DNA of 64,000 nt from the human T2T-CHM13v2.0 reference genome, Homo sapiens, in the NCBI RefSeq assembly GCF_009914755.1, contig NC_060947.1; one strand, 5' to 3'. The notes below the pieces were generated by a model. That model had not been told where the DNA came from, ran no database searches, and saw only the letters and a program-made list of their open reading frames with translations. Position 1 is the first letter of the stretch. Each line of letters opens with the position of its first letter. A program made the position numbers and the translations under genes. This document shows positions 15,772 to 36,199 of the stretch, piece after piece.

Positions 15772-16008
15772 AAGTTAAAAAATAAGTTTAATTCTCAATG
15801 TTGTTTTAAATTACAGTGCACTAATATCACTTTTACTATTCCATCTATTCCCTATACATTTATACCTGACAGTAAGAGTTGTTCATGCTTTGACAAACAA
15901 TTTTAAAGGTTATGGAACAATTGTAATTTTCCTCATTGATTATTAAGGTTCCAGCTTGCAATGGTCACTTTTATGGTCTTGCACTACTGTGAAAGCAACA
16001 ACTACCAG
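15772..16008 (+). mobile_element. Tigger13-like element, 3' part with right terminus
   Basis: Continues the element broken at 10117; ends ttatggtcttgcactactgtgaaagcaacaactacc, loosely inverted to the left end. Confidence 0.75.
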
Positions 16009-16273
16009 CATCTACAGATCTTCTGTCTGGGCTGTTCAGTTTCTCTGGGGAACAATCCTTCAATCCCTTGCCTGGTGACTATATATCTAGGTGCTAACAT
16101 TTGGATTTGAGTAGCACAAGAGTTACAGGGGATCTCACCATTGAATATGTAGACTTTTACTTAATCCCACTGTTTTCTAATGGTACCTTGCTGTGTGCCC
16201 AATATCCCCAAAACCAAAGCCTCTCGGATTCAGTTTCTCCATGGAATAAATCTCCTGTCTTGTACTAGGATAG

Positions 16274-16584
<311 letters not shown>

Positions 16585-17493
16585 AACTCTTTCTTATACA
16601 TGCCTTTAGCCAGACTCTTTTCAACTCCACTCTTTTCCCAACCCAACTTTACTCCAATTCTCTGTCTGGGATTCTGCAGGTAAATTGGTTTGCTTCTCAT
16701 TGGCATTATTCCTTGCATGGACTTAGTGTTCTGCCTTTTCAGCTCTGCTAACTCCTCTATCTGCTTTCCATTTTCCAAATTTTTTCTTATCTCTTATCCT
16801 CTGTGTTTTCTTTTTATGCTCTCTTTATTCTCATGTATTTATACTTTTTAAAAAAGTCTTTAACCCCATTTTAGTGGAGTTTAATGAAAGAATAGGTGTT
16901 CAATGTGCTATGTTAAAATTTTGTGCTCTATTATAAAAAATGTATAGTGATCCCATCTGTCCTATTGTGTAATTTCTTTGTCAGTGCTTAGGTGGTTGAG
17001 TAAAGGCATCAAGGAAGTAGACAATAGAGTTCATCCAGAATTAGGGTTTTACCAGACAGATGCAGCAAAAATTCAGAGGGACAAGAGAGCTTGAGACAGT
17101 GGCAAGATGATAAAATGATGAATCATGTAATATAAATTGAATAAGAATGGAAGAAAAAAAAGAAGAGAGTCGATGGACTGAGAGAAAATTAAGGGGTTAG
17201 TATATTGGAGTTTCTAATTAGGTTTTAAAAAGATCATAGTGGGAATAGTCAAATAACTAATCAAGAATGAGAGGAACTCAAACAGTGGGATGTTTGAGTT
17301 ATTGATTGTGGAGATTGAACAGTCATGGGTGGCTGAGGTGATATAGAGAATAAAGTTATTAGAATGAGGTACCAAAGAACTGAGAAGCCAGATGAATGAG
17401 TTGTCCACATGGATGTTGAAGTCATACAGGAAAATAAGCAAAGTTAATCCTACTTGAAGGCAGTGGTCCTTTTGAAGAATAACAATAACAACC

Positions 17494-17552
17494 AGAAGAA
17501 GCCGAAGAAGGAGGAAGAGGAGGTGGAGGATGAGGAGGGGAAGGAGGAGGAG
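17494..17552 (+). repeat. GA-rich low-complexity tract (GAA/GGA)
   Basis: agaagaagccgaagaaggaggaagaggaggtggaggatgaggaggggaaggaggaggag. Confidence 0.8.
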
Positions 17553-17634
17553 AAATCTAGAGTACCTTTCATCACATTTCCATTCTAGACAGTAGGACAA
17601 AAGAAGTTTCAAAGAGGCAAAGGACATGGGCAGC

Positions 17635-17926
<292 letters not shown>

Positions 17927-18314
17927 AACTTTCTCAAAAAATATTCATAGAAGCTGACACATATCACTTAAGCTTACATCCCACTGGTCTGAACTTTACA
18001 TACCAATGGCTTATACACCCATGGCCACTTTTATCTAGAAAGGAAGCTGGGAAATAGAACATTTTTTCTCTGGGACACCAAAGCCATGCACCTAGCTAAA
18101 GTTTATATTACAATGGAAGAATAAGAGAATAGATATGGGGGAGGGGGTAACCAGCAGGCTCTGTCACAGCCCTGGAAATCAGGTAAGAGGGGAGAATTAG
18201 TAAAAGGTTTATTGGCCACAGAGAAATATTCTCACCATTTAAATGATGCTCAAAAATAATCTTAAATTATTTATGCTTCAATGTTGCCTCACTTCTTTAA
18301 AAAATAACTGAGTG

Positions 18315-18450
18315 TGCCAGGCACAGTGGCATATGCCTATAGTTTCAGCTACTTGGGAGGCTGAGGCAGGAGGGTCGCTTGAGTTCAGGAGTTTGAATTC
18401 AGCCTTGGTGACAGAGCAAAATTCTGTCTCTAAAAAGTAATAATAATAAT
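18315..18450 (+). mobile_element. Alu monomer (FRAM/FLAM-like) with (TAA)n tail
   Basis: gccaggcacagtggcatatgcctatagtttcagctacttgggaggctgaggcagg. Confidence 0.85.
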
Positions 18451-18584
18451 AACTGAATAAGTCTTTGGTATCCCTTAACAGAGAAGCCAACAGGAATTCA
18501 GATATGCCAAATTAAATAATTAGCCCTTTAAAGTTACCAAGAGGCATGTGAACTTTCACTCTCTTAAATAATAATAAGGGCTAC

Positions 18585-19596
18585 TGTGGTGGGCTAAAAA
18601 ACACTACCACCACCTCCCAAAAATATTCACATCCTAATCCCTAGAACATGTGAATGCAAACTTATATGGCAAAAGAGGGGGATGAGGGTCTTTGCACCTG
18701 TGATTAAATTAAGGATCTTGAGATGGGGAGGTGTTTTGTCTGCCTCCACTTCATCCCATTATTGAGAGAGGGAGTACTGCCCTAGGTTTCTGATAATGGC
18801 CAAATACACGACACTTGACACTGAACAAATGAGATTGACAGCAGTTATTAGTTACATACAGTCACAGCCCAAAGGAGAGGGACACTACATGACATGCAGG
18901 GCCACACAGGGGTTGCATTTGGGAACGGAGTAAACCAGAAGAGACTGGGAGGCAGGCTTTGTAGTAACAGAAGGGTGGGGTATCCCCTGGTTTCTCTGGG
19001 AGGATGTGATTGCCTTGTCTGAATAATTGCATAGGCTCCCAAAGAGGAGAAACCCATTAGGTTGAGGACTAGGTGGTATGTAGCTGGTACAGCTGATAGA
19101 GAGACTATCTAGGTAGGAAACCATTCCTGCTGGATAGGGGACACACGAGGCAAGATTGGAGGAAATCATGGTTGGGCTTTGAGGCCCTGTGAGGCTCAAA
19201 GATGTCAAGGCAGCACATGAAAGTTTAGTTCTTACACTATAGGAGATTATCCTGAATTATCTCAGTAAACCCTAAATGCAAGCCCCTGTATCCTTATAAG
19301 AGGGATGCAGAGGGAAACTAGACACACAGAAGAGGAGAGGACAATGTGATCAAAGAGGCAGAGATTGGAGTGCTGCAGCCACAAACCGCAAAATGTCAGC
19401 ACCCACCAGAAGCTGGAGGAGACAGGAAATAGATTTTCCCCTAGAGCCCCTAGAGGGATCGAGGCCCTGCTTACACCTTGATTTCAGTCCAGTGAAACTG
19501 GTTCCAGCTTCGATAACTGTGAGAGAATACATTTCTGTTGTTTTCAGCCACCAAGTTTGTGGGAATTTATTACAGAGGCCATAGGAAACTAATTCA
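18585..19596 (+). mobile_element. MaLR LTR (MLT1C/D-like) split by a second LTR
   Basis: 5' part ends aaggatcttgagatggggag (18730) and resumes aggagattatcctg (~19241); 3' end ggccataggaaactaattca. Confidence 0.85.
18731..19240 (-). mobile_element. ERVL-class solo LTR (MER73/MER88/MER54 group)
   Basis: Minus strand begins tgtaagaactaaactttcatgtgctgccttgacatctttgagcc; flanked by GGGAG/AGGAG near-TSD. Confidence 0.7.
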
Positions 19597-19604
19597 GCTA
19601 CCAA

Positions 19605-19830
19605 CCACTGAGCGTTTACCATGTGCCAGATACTATGCTAAGTCCTTTACATGCATTATCTCATTTAATCCTCACAACAGCCCAAAGAGGTAGATACTGT
19701 TGTTAACTTCATTTTGCAGATAGAGAAACAGGTTTAGGGATGATAAATAACTTGTCCAATGTCATGCATATCTCAATGGTTACATTGAGAGAGCTACCCC
19801 AAATTCACATGGCCCTGGAGCTCATGCTCT
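19605..19830 (-). mobile_element. MIR
   Basis: atgtgccagatactatgctaag...tctcatttaatcctcacaaca...cattttgcagatagagaaac core. Confidence 0.85.
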
Positions 19831-20515
19831 TAATCACTACCCAGTGTTACAATTAGAACATCTAATTTCATGGCCTTGAGAAAGGCTACCTGAGAAAATG
19901 GGAAAAAGCATAAAGAAGTTTGGGCAGTAAAGGAGAAAGCCAAGGCATAGAAAATACCATGAAATGAACAAGAATCTCTCCAGGTGCATAGGCTAACAAA
20001 GCAGCTATTCATTTATCCATTCATCCATTCTACACATACTTAATGAGTGTCTAATATGCGCTTGGCACTCTGCTAGATGTTGGGTGAATAGAGATAATAA
20101 ATGACTGAACTTCTCCTTTTGGAATCTCTTTTATTTTCTCTGCCCCAGAGTGAACCAAAAACAGCTTTCTTGGGCAACACCGGCCAGAGACACTATTCCA
20201 CCTCCCTGCTGAGGTCCAGCTTGAACTTTATTCATTTCAAAACCAAACCATTCAGCCAGACCCTCAAACCACTGAAGACGCTCAGTCAGTCAAAATGGGT
20301 CAGAATCAAGTGCAAACCTCTCTGAAGTGCTTATCACTCTCCAGCATCTCCTAAATCTTGAAATGATCCTAGGCCTTTCTTAAGCCTCCCTTCCACCTGC
20401 TGGTCAGATAGACCCTGTGTTGTAGGACTCTTCCAGCCTTGGAAAGTGGTTTCCAGAAAAGTTTGCTTGAAGTCTCTCTAATACCCAAGAAAGACATGGA
20501 AGCCCCTTGAGGTAA

Positions 20516-20880
<365 letters not shown>

Positions 20881-21089
20881 CTACACTTCACCCCTTGCTG
20901 CCTTTATCCACAATTCATTAGTTTCCACTGATGAAAACAATCAGGTTGGAATAGATGAATACAGCCATGTGTATGCATTAGCTTGGTCCACTTCCCAGTA
21001 TGTAGACTATCATATGATAAAGCTTCCATGAATACATTGCATTGCAAAAACAGGAACTGCATACAAATTGACCTTTTATCATCTTAAAA

Positions 21090-21840
21090 GGTCTTCCCTG
21101 AGGACTTTCTAAGCATAAATTCAGTGGAGGAAGTCACAAAGGAAAAATATACATACATGTAACAAAGTTGAAATCAAAAATTTATGTGTATTAAAAAAAC
21201 AGACATTGCTGGCAGGTAAATAAATTGGTACAACTTTCATGGAGGGAAATCTGGTATATGTATTAAAAGCCTTTCAAATGTGCTTACCATGTCACCCAGT
21301 AATCCCACTGCTAAGAATTTATCCAAAGGAAATAAACCATATGGGCACAAAGATTTTGCTATGAGGATATTAATCTAAACTTTAATTATAATAGTGGAAG
21401 GTTGGAAGCAACCCAAATGCCCTATAATAGAGGGCTGATACATTGATATGATGGAATACAATGCAGACATTAAAAATCATGTTGTAAAATAATATTTAGT
21501 GTCATAGGAAATGTTCAGGATTTAATTAGGTAAAGAAATCGGGATGCAAAATGTATAGTATTTAAAAATATAATAAGTATATGTATTCATTATTTCAAAA
21601 AAATATGTATCGAAGATCTACTGAGTATAGTGATAGATTTTGGGGATATTGCAGTGGGCCAAACAGTCTTTGCCCTAATGAAGGAAAAAAGACTAAAAGG
21701 AAATAGACCAAAATCCATATCATTAAAGATACCTATGTTCGAGTGGATTAAGGGTGATTTTAATATTTCACTTGATACCTCTCTATATTTTCCATGATTA
21801 TATACTGCTTTCACAATTAAGGAAAAGTTATTTAAAAAAT
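21090..21840 (+). mobile_element. Ancient L1ME-type 3' fragment
   Basis: aaattggtacaactttcatggagggaaatctgg...cccagtaatcccactgctaagaatttatcc...ggaagcaacccaaatgcc. Confidence 0.75.
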
Positions 21841-21848
21841 ATCTTCCA

Positions 21849-21980
21849 AGCCAGGCGTAGTGGTACATTCCTGTAATTCCAGCTACTCAGGAGGCTGGAG
21901 GAGGAGAATCACTTGAGCCCAGGAGTTCAAGACCAGCCTGGGCAACATAGTCAGATCCTTTCTCAAAAAAAAAAAAAAAA
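21849..21980 (+). mobile_element. Alu monomer (FLAM-like)
   Basis: agccaggcgtagtggtacattcctgtaattccagctactcaggagg, then poly-A. Confidence 0.88.
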
Positions 21981-22536
21981 ACCTTCCTTCAAATTGAGGC
22001 TAGCTACTACGCCTTGTGAAGCCTAATACATAAAAGCATCTTATATTTAATGAACTCTGGAGGATTTGGACCACTTCCATGACCTTCAATTGATTTGATC
22101 CTCCATACAATCCTGTGGAGATAGGGAGGGCAGGGATCATCATGCCCATTGTACGGAAAGAGGTTGAGGCAGAAAAAGCAAGTGATTGCCCTGGAAAATA
22201 GAGTGGGTTTGGGATAGAATCATAACCCTAAAATCAAATTTCAGGGCTCTCTTAACTCTACCGTATTTCCCCGAAGGTGTTGGGAAGGCAAAGGACCTCC
22301 CAAGGCTTTGATCCAAATTCCTTTCCAGACATTTGCCCCTGTTATCTTTCCCTCTTTTTTCAAGTGACTGGATACTATGGAATTCCCAAATCAGCAAGAG
22401 AAATAGATGAATCATTTTACTTTCTAGCTTTCCAAAGATTTAGAATTGTAGAATCACATAAGGAAGAGATCTTGGAAAGCATTCCAGCCTTCTATCCAAG
22501 TTGAGAAGATTGCCTCGAGGGTACCCCTGCTCCTGA

Positions 22537-22602
22537 TCTCTCTCTCTCTCTCTTCTTTCTCTCTCTCTCTCTTCTTTCTCTCTCTCTTTCTGTCTCTCTC
22601 TT
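22537..22602 (+). repeat. (CT)n/CTTT microsatellite
   Basis: Direct inspection. Confidence 0.9.
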
Positions 22603-23737
22603 TCTGCCAGGTACAGGTACCCTTTCTTTTCCTCTCTTCCCCTTTTGAGAAGTCTGCTAGATGGCCATTTGATTGACTAAACAAATTAGACTTAATGTCT
22701 TCTGGCTGGTAATGAACTCATGCCTGAACAGCAAATAGCCATGGCATTTGCATTTTAACTCAGAACTCTGAAGACACCAAACCCAAAAGAGCTATGTAAT
22801 TTCAGGCAGCATAATAGGCTAGTTAGGGAGGTATCCCTGGGCAGGATCACGTTTTGGCAGCTCTGCTAAAGATTTTACAAAACCTAGGCAGGCTACCTAT
22901 TCCTACCGCATATATGATCAGCCTCATCCTCAGGGAGCTGGCTCCATTGGAGGAGAAGACTGAGGATACAGTTCACAGCAGCAGGTCCTTCTGGCCTCTG
23001 CCTAAGGGGTTAGTGGGTGCAGCCAAGCGCAGTGCCCACAATCACTCAGGAGGAAGTGAGGGAGCTTGCTGAACAAGGAAGGGAATGAGTTGCTAGTGGG
23101 AAGATTATCAATCCTTCTGAGAGAAAAACAAATCCAATCTTATTCGTTTGTCTCCTGGTTCCAGCCTCCACCCTGCTTAGCCTCCTTGGGTCAATGACAA
23201 ATTTGAGCCTTTGTATTAATAGTCAGCCTTCTTGCCTTAGTTCTGGCCTCTACTTGAGCCTGCTGCTGCTGCTGCTGCCGCTGCTACTTAGGACCACTCT
23301 CCATCCATTAACACATCTGGCTCCCCAGTTTGCTGCAAGCAAAAATTGAGATTTTGTTGCTCAGGTTCTGCTTCACTGCTTCCGTTCAGGGCTTACCCTC
23401 CCTGGGGCATGCAGCTCTTCCCTCTACCCACCCACCACCCTCCCCCATGGCTTTTGCTCAAATTTAAAGCTGTTTTTGGAAGCATCATTTCTGGAGCCAA
23501 AGGAAGTAAAATTCAGACTTACACCAAGCCTGACTTGATGTTGGCTGCAGTGGTCACCTGCCTGGCATAGTTTTTAACAGCATTAGGAAAAGATTCCCTG
23601 TCCAGGGAATAGTAATAACTAATATTTATAAATAAATATGTGCCGGGCACTGTGCTAAGCAATTTACATGCATAAATCATTTAATCTAAAAAAAAAACTA
23701 TGTAATAGGCACCACTATTATCCCCATTGTACATTTT

Positions 23738-24625
23738 TCCAGTTCAAGATGGTAGACTGAGCACAAACATTTAAGTCTTGTCCCTCCAGAGGCCTCATTA
23801 AAATAATAGCACAGACATTTTAAAATGCATAAACCCACCACAACAAAGAGAACAGGAGGGAGGCCATCAGTGGCTGAGAAATTTAAATAAATTTCTGAAG
23901 TCAGAAAGCATCTGAGCAGTGCTAACTGATGAAGTCGAGTGGAGCAAACAATCAGTTGAAACTCTGTGTGGAAGGGCTGCAGCTAAGGAGACAGCTCGCC
24001 TACCTTGCAAACCTTAGCAAGACTACAGGTACGACAGAAATAAGAGTGAGGACTGGGGCTGACAACAGGGAGATTAACCGAAGGTCTGTATAAAGAAGAA
24101 TTGACCCCCAGTTCCTACATGGAGATGACCTGGAAGACAAATATTTACTTGCCAGCCTAAAACCAAACAGTTTCTTCACTACAGATATTGAATAAAGTCT
24201 CTAGAGAGAATTAGGGCAGCTAGTTCTATGTCAGTGACTCAGAGTTAGGCCTTTTGTAGTTTGGTATTTAAACCCCACCCCATATCCTCTGCAAAAGATT
24301 AATATACAGATCCCCTCCCATTGTCCTTAAGCAAAATCTGCCCATTGTCAAGGTCTGCTCACATATGCCCAGCTCCCAATCAGACTCTCTATAGCTTCAT
24401 TTTAAAAGATAAACAGGAAACAAAAGAATATAAGACAATTAGACATGTGAGGGAAGACTGGAACTTTAAAGAAAAATCACAAGATTTAATGAAACGAGCA
24501 GAGTTGATTTAGGGAACTAAAGGTGCTATAAATAAAATTCCAAGTAGTATCCACAGAGAAATTTGAGACAGTATTACATCTGTAAAACAATAATAGATTG
24601 CAATAAAAAATAAGAACAAAGAATG
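23738..24625 (+). mobile_element. Ancient L1M 5'UTR/ORF1 remnant (continues at ~25020-25090 and 30730-30990)
   Basis: ttccagttcaagatggtagactgagcac start motif followed by A-rich ORF1-like sequence. Confidence 0.55.
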
Positions 24626-24716
24626 CAATTGAGCTCTTTGCGAGACTTTTCAATGTAAACATTTGTACATTGCTTTGATGTTTGAACCACGCAAAGGTAC
24701 TACTTATTTGAAATAA

Positions 24717-25019
<303 letters not shown>

Positions 25020-25091
25020 AGTTTAATTTTTTTAAATGATGAGCTATTGGAAATAAAATATATGATTGGCAAAATAAAATATCATAAAAGG

Positions 25092-30728
<5,637 letters not shown>

Positions 30729-31254
30729 AAGGACTGGAAGATAAAGATGAGGAAATCCCTCACAATGGGGAAAAATAGATAAGAAATAAAGGAAAAGCAA
30801 TAATGAAGAAAAAATTAGGAAGTTCAACATCTAGCATCCAATTATTAGAAATTCCAGAAAGAAGGGAGAAAATTATCAAAGAAGTAATATGATAAAATTC
30901 TGAAAGCCAATGGAAAACATGAGTTTTCTAACTGAAAAAGCCAACCGAATGTCTCGTAGAGTTGTGTTTTTCAAAGCCACATTCCCAACCATGTCAGGGT
31001 TCATATGCTGAATACTATGAAATGCTGATAAAAGAAATCAGATAAACCTAAATAATGGAGAGACATACCATATTCATGAATTAGAAGACTTAACATGGTT
31101 AAAATGTCAATTATCCCTAACTGGCTATAGATTTAATGCAATATTTATCATTTATATTCATCATTTGATAAATAATAAATATTTACCAAAATTCCAAGGG
31201 GTTTCTTGCAGATATAGACAAGCTTATTCTAAAATTAATATGAAAAGGCAAAGG

Positions 31255-32186
31255 TGTGGACAATGCCCGCATCGTTCTGAAGATCGACAATGCCTGTCTT
31301 GCATCAGCAGATGACTTTAGAGTCAAGGATGAGACAGAGCTGACCATGCACCAGTCTGTGGAGAGCGACATCCATGGGCTCCACAAGATCATTGATGACA
31401 CCAATGTCACTCAGCTGCAGCTAGAGGCAGAGGTCAAGGCTCTCAAGGAGGAGTTGCTCTTCATGAAGAAGAACCACGAAGAGGAAGTAAAAGGCCTACA
31501 ATCCCAGATTGCCAGCTCTGGGTTGTCCATGGAGGTAGATACCCCAAATCTCAGGACCTCACCAAAATCATGGCAGACATCCAGGCCCAATATGACTAGC
31601 TGGCTCGGGAGAACCAAGAGGAGCTGGACAAGTACGGGTCTCAGCAGACTGAGGAGAGCACCACAATGGTCACCACACAGTCCGCCGAGGTTGGAGCTGC
31701 TGAGATGGCGCTCACGGAACTGAGACATACAGTCCAGTCCTTGGAGATTGACCTGGACTCAATGAGAAATCTGAAGGCAAGCTTGGAGAGCAGCCTGAGG
31801 GAAGTGGAGGCCCGCTATGCCCTACAGATGGAGCAGATCAACGGGATCCTGCTCCACCTGGAGTCGGAGCTGGCACAGATCCGGGCAGAGGGACAGTGCC
31901 AGGCCCAGGAGTACAAGGCCCTGCTGAACATCAAGGTCAAGCTGGAGGCTAAGATCGCCACCTACTGCCACCTGCTGGAAGATGGCAAGGACTTCAATCT
32001 TGGTGATGCCCTGGACACCAGCAATTCCATGCAAACCATTCAAAAGACCACCATCTGCCGGATAGTGGATCATAAAGTGATGTCAGACATTAAGCCAGCA
32101 GAAGCAGGGTACTCTTTGGGGAGCAGGAGGCTGATTAAAAGTTCAGAGGGGAAAAAAAAGAAAGAAGAGAAAAAGAAAAAAAGAAA
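31255..32186 (+). pseudogene. Keratin 18 processed pseudogene, 5'-truncated (possibly KRT18P49; locus number from memory only)
   Basis: Intronless match to KRT18 from VDNARIV through LLNIKVKLEA.IATY..LLED and MQTIQKTT. Frameshift near 31545, in-frame TAG near 31597, small 3' deletion, KRT18-like 3'UTR, A-rich tail 32152-32186. TSD GAAAAGGCAAAGG at 31242-31254 and 32187-32199. Confidence 0.96.
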
Positions 32187-32381
32187 GAAAAGGCAAAGGA
32201 ATTAGAAAAGCCAAGACATTATTTGTGGAAAAAATAAAATTAGAGGAATCACATTGAATGATTTTAAGATTTATAGAAAGTTAAGTAATCAATACTGAGT
32301 GTTACTAGTGAAGAGATAGGCACATAAATCAATGAGATGGAAAAGAGAGTTCAGAAAGAGATGTACAAAAAAGAGACAAAA

Positions 32382-32760
<379 letters not shown>

Positions 32761-33111
32761 TTAAAAAAAGAACCTAAATATTATACCTTATATAAAAGTG
32801 AATTCAAAATAGATATTAGATCTAAATGCAAAACCTAAAACTATAAAACTTTTAGAAGAAGATGTAAGGGAAAATCTTTGTGACCTTGGGTTAGGCAAAG
32901 AACTTTTGGATATACCACCAAAAGCTTGATCCATAAAAAAGAAAAATTGGTAAATTGGACTTTATAAAAAGGTAAAACTTTTGCTCTGTGAGAGATACTG
33001 TTAAGAGAATAAAAAGACAAGCTACAAATTGGGAGAAAATATTTGCAAATCACATATCTGACAAAGAACTTGTATCTAGAATATGTAAAGAGGCTATTAA
33101 AACTTAGTAAG

Positions 33112-33222
33112 AGGCCAGGCACAGTGGCTCATGCCTGTAATCCCAACACTTTAGGAGGCCAAGAAGGATCACTTGAGGTTGCAGCCTGGGCAACACAGCG
33201 AGACTCCATCTCTGAAAAAAAT
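33112..33222 (+). mobile_element. Alu monomer fragment
   Basis: ggccaggcacagtggctcatgcctgtaatcccaacacttt...gagactccatctct. Confidence 0.85.
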
Positions 33223-35978
33223 CAAACTCAATAAAACTTACTGAAACAAACCAATATTTTTAAGTGGGCAAAAAATTTTTTGAAAAGTCACTTTACAAAT
33301 GAGGATACAAAAACGGCTCACAAACACATAAAATTCATCATTCAGGAAATGAGAATTAAAACTGCAAAAGTGTGCCTTTAGAGAGCCACTAGTAATTGAA
33401 ATAAAAAGGAATGTTAATACCAAGTTTGGCAAGGATGTAAAGCAACTGGAACTCTGTTTCATTGTTGGTGGGATTCTAAAATGGTACAACCACTTTGGAA
33501 AGTACTTTGGCAGTGTCATAAAGTTAAACTTAATACCAATCATATGATACAGCTTTTTCACTCGTAGAGAGAATGGAAAACATATGTCTGCACAAAACCC
33601 TGTACACAAATCCTCTTAGCAGCTTTATTTACAATTGTCAAAAAATGGAAACAATCCAAATACCCAATAAAAGTGAATAAACAAATTTTAGTAAATCCAT
33701 ACCATGGAGTACTACTCAGCAATAAAAGGGAATTGACTAATGATACATGAAACAACATGAATTTCATAAATATTATGATGTGTGAAAGAAGTCAGACGCA
33801 GAAGTACACATACTGCATGATTCTAATTTATAGTGACAGAAAGCAGGTCAGTGGTTGCCTAGGGATAAAGAAATGATTTGCAAAGGAGCCTGAAGAAAAC
33901 TTTTGGAGGTGTTGGATATGATTGTGGTGATGGTTTCACAAGGATAAACATATGTCAAAACTTATCAAATTGTACACCTTTAACACGTGCAGTTTATTGT
34001 AGGTCATTTACACCTCAGTAAAGCTATTTCAAAAGATTATAAAAATTACACTAATTTAAAGAAGTCATGCACAAAAGGTTGCCTACATATGATTCCATTA
34101 TATGAAGTTTGAGAATGTGAAAATGTTTTAATTTATTTTAAAGTCAGAAGTAAAAATGGATTTTTAGGTCAAAGATGTTTCAGCACATAATATTAATATA
34201 CTTATCTTTATACTAATGCAGTCATAAAATACAGTTTGTTTAATGAAGGAAGGGTGCAGGAAGGCCAAAGTTCCTTGGGCCCATGCAAATCATAATACAT
34301 TCCTCTCTGTAGTGAATTATATTGGCAAAGTCACAATAATGTAAACATGATTTATTGGCTGTCAACTTTTAGAATCTACCTATAAACAAAGCATGGGAGA
34401 TGTATTCATAGTTATAGAAGAAAATGTAAATACTATCAGCTTTGACAATGTAGAAGTAAACATTTGACAGAAAATGAAAGTAGAAGGGGAGAAGAGGTGG
34501 AGGGAAGCATATGGACTTGAATAGCTCCATCTGATAAAAATGGGGAGTCAAGAGATGCTATCTATAGTTTATGGTATAATATATAAGATTTCAGATACAT
34601 TATTCAATGTTCTAAAAGTAATTAGTAGTAGAACAACAATATTCCATAACTCTATTGGGGGTGTGAAGGAGTGGAAGTGGGTATGTTATTGAGTACTGCC
34701 CTCTCATCTATCATAGTAGAAATTCAATAGATAAGTATCTCAAGTTGATAAATCAAGGAAGAGAGCAGAGGCATATTATTTAGTGAACTAGAGGTCAATC
34801 GTCAGAAGAATTAAAAGAGAAAGATTAAAAATGGCAGCTTTGTGGGTCTGAAGGTGGATGGGGTGGCAGAAAGGGTTTTGCTCTTCATTGTAAGTTTTTC
34901 TGTACCGTTTGATTTTTTTAACCAGGTTCATGTGTCATTTCAATTAAAAAAAAAAGTCATCTTCTCTCACCCCTGTCAGTCTCTACTTGAGCATCATTTG
35001 TATCCTTCCTTGTTCTCATCACAATCTGTAATTATTTTAGTTATATGTCTGATGATTCAGTTAATGTCTTTTTCTCCCATTAGACTGTAAGCTCCGCAAG
35101 GACAAGAACAGAGTCTGTCTTCGTCGCCACTCTGTCCCCAGTGCCTGGCATAGAATGTAGCCCAGGAACCAGGATCACACCATGCATAGCACTCCGGGAA
35201 CTTCTTATACAAAGGCCTCTCCAAGCTTCTTCTAGGACCAACCGGCAGTTGAGATAGAAGATGTTCTGTTATGGAAAGGCAGTGTCCTCCAAAACGGTAA
35301 GAGCAGGGATGGCCATGAGCAGAGAAAGGCACTACAGCCGAATAGTACCCCAGAAAGTGTTCTAAACCTTCCCTGGTGAGGGCATGAGCTGGGGCAAATC
35401 AGGTTATTCTTCCAGCATTGAAATCCTCTTTAAAAGAACATTAAAGAGTGCCTTCAAGTGGGCATTTTGCAGGGAGTAAAAGGAAGAGGGAATAGCAAAG
35501 GCACCTCTTAGCCCTGGGAGATATAGGCTGTTGGCATTTCCACACTAGCTAAAGAGGCTTCTCTCAGTCTGCCTGGGCTTGTGTCTGCCAGCAAGTACAG
35601 GCAGGTCCAGTAGATGCAGCTGATTTTTGTGGTCCTCCATGGGCAGTTCTGAAGAGGTCTCTGGAAACTGCTTGATAGCAAAGCTGAAGATTATCTTGTG
35701 GTCAGAACAAGAGAGCCTGGGGCATGGAGCAGAGGAATTGGGCTGTCATATCTTCTAGAGCCACTTCCATAAGAACCTTGGGTATGCTGGGGTGAATGGT
35801 ATGGGCAGACCTGTTTGCTTCCTGATTAAATGAGGAAAGGTGATCTGTGAGGCCACTCCCTCCTGGCCATAGCCTCACACATGATCCCTGAAGAGTCATA
35901 GACAGGGAGATTTCAAGGTTCAGACAACCCCATTGGACCCCTTGGGCTGTCTAGGGCTTCCTGGAGAGAACATTCTTC

Positions 35979-36199
35979 TTTTTTAAAAAATTTTTATTAT
36001 TATTATTATACTTTAAGTTCTAGGGTGCATGTGCACAATGTGCAGGTTTATTACCTATGTATACATGCACCATGTTGGTGTGCTGCACCCATTAACTCGT
36101 CATTTACATTAGGTAACTCTCCTAATGCTATCCCTCCCCCCTCCCCCCACCCCATGACAGACCCCAGTGTGTGATGTTCCCCTTCCTGTGTCCAAGTGT
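35979..36199 (-). mobile_element. Very short L1PA (PA4-PA6-like) 3' end insertion
   Basis: ttatactttaagttctagggtgcatgtgcacaatgtgcagg...cctgtgtccaagtgt; TSD GAGAGAACATTCTTC at 35964-35978 and 36200-36214. Confidence 0.95.

Noticed and set aside
23260-23288. (CTG)6 tract as an expansion locus
   Set aside because: Short, interrupted, intergenic and outside any supported exon.
31256-32205. Keratin-like ORFs (155 and 179 aa) as a real CDS
   Set aside because: Intronless, 5'-truncated and frameshifted, with poly-A and TSD: a processed pseudogene.
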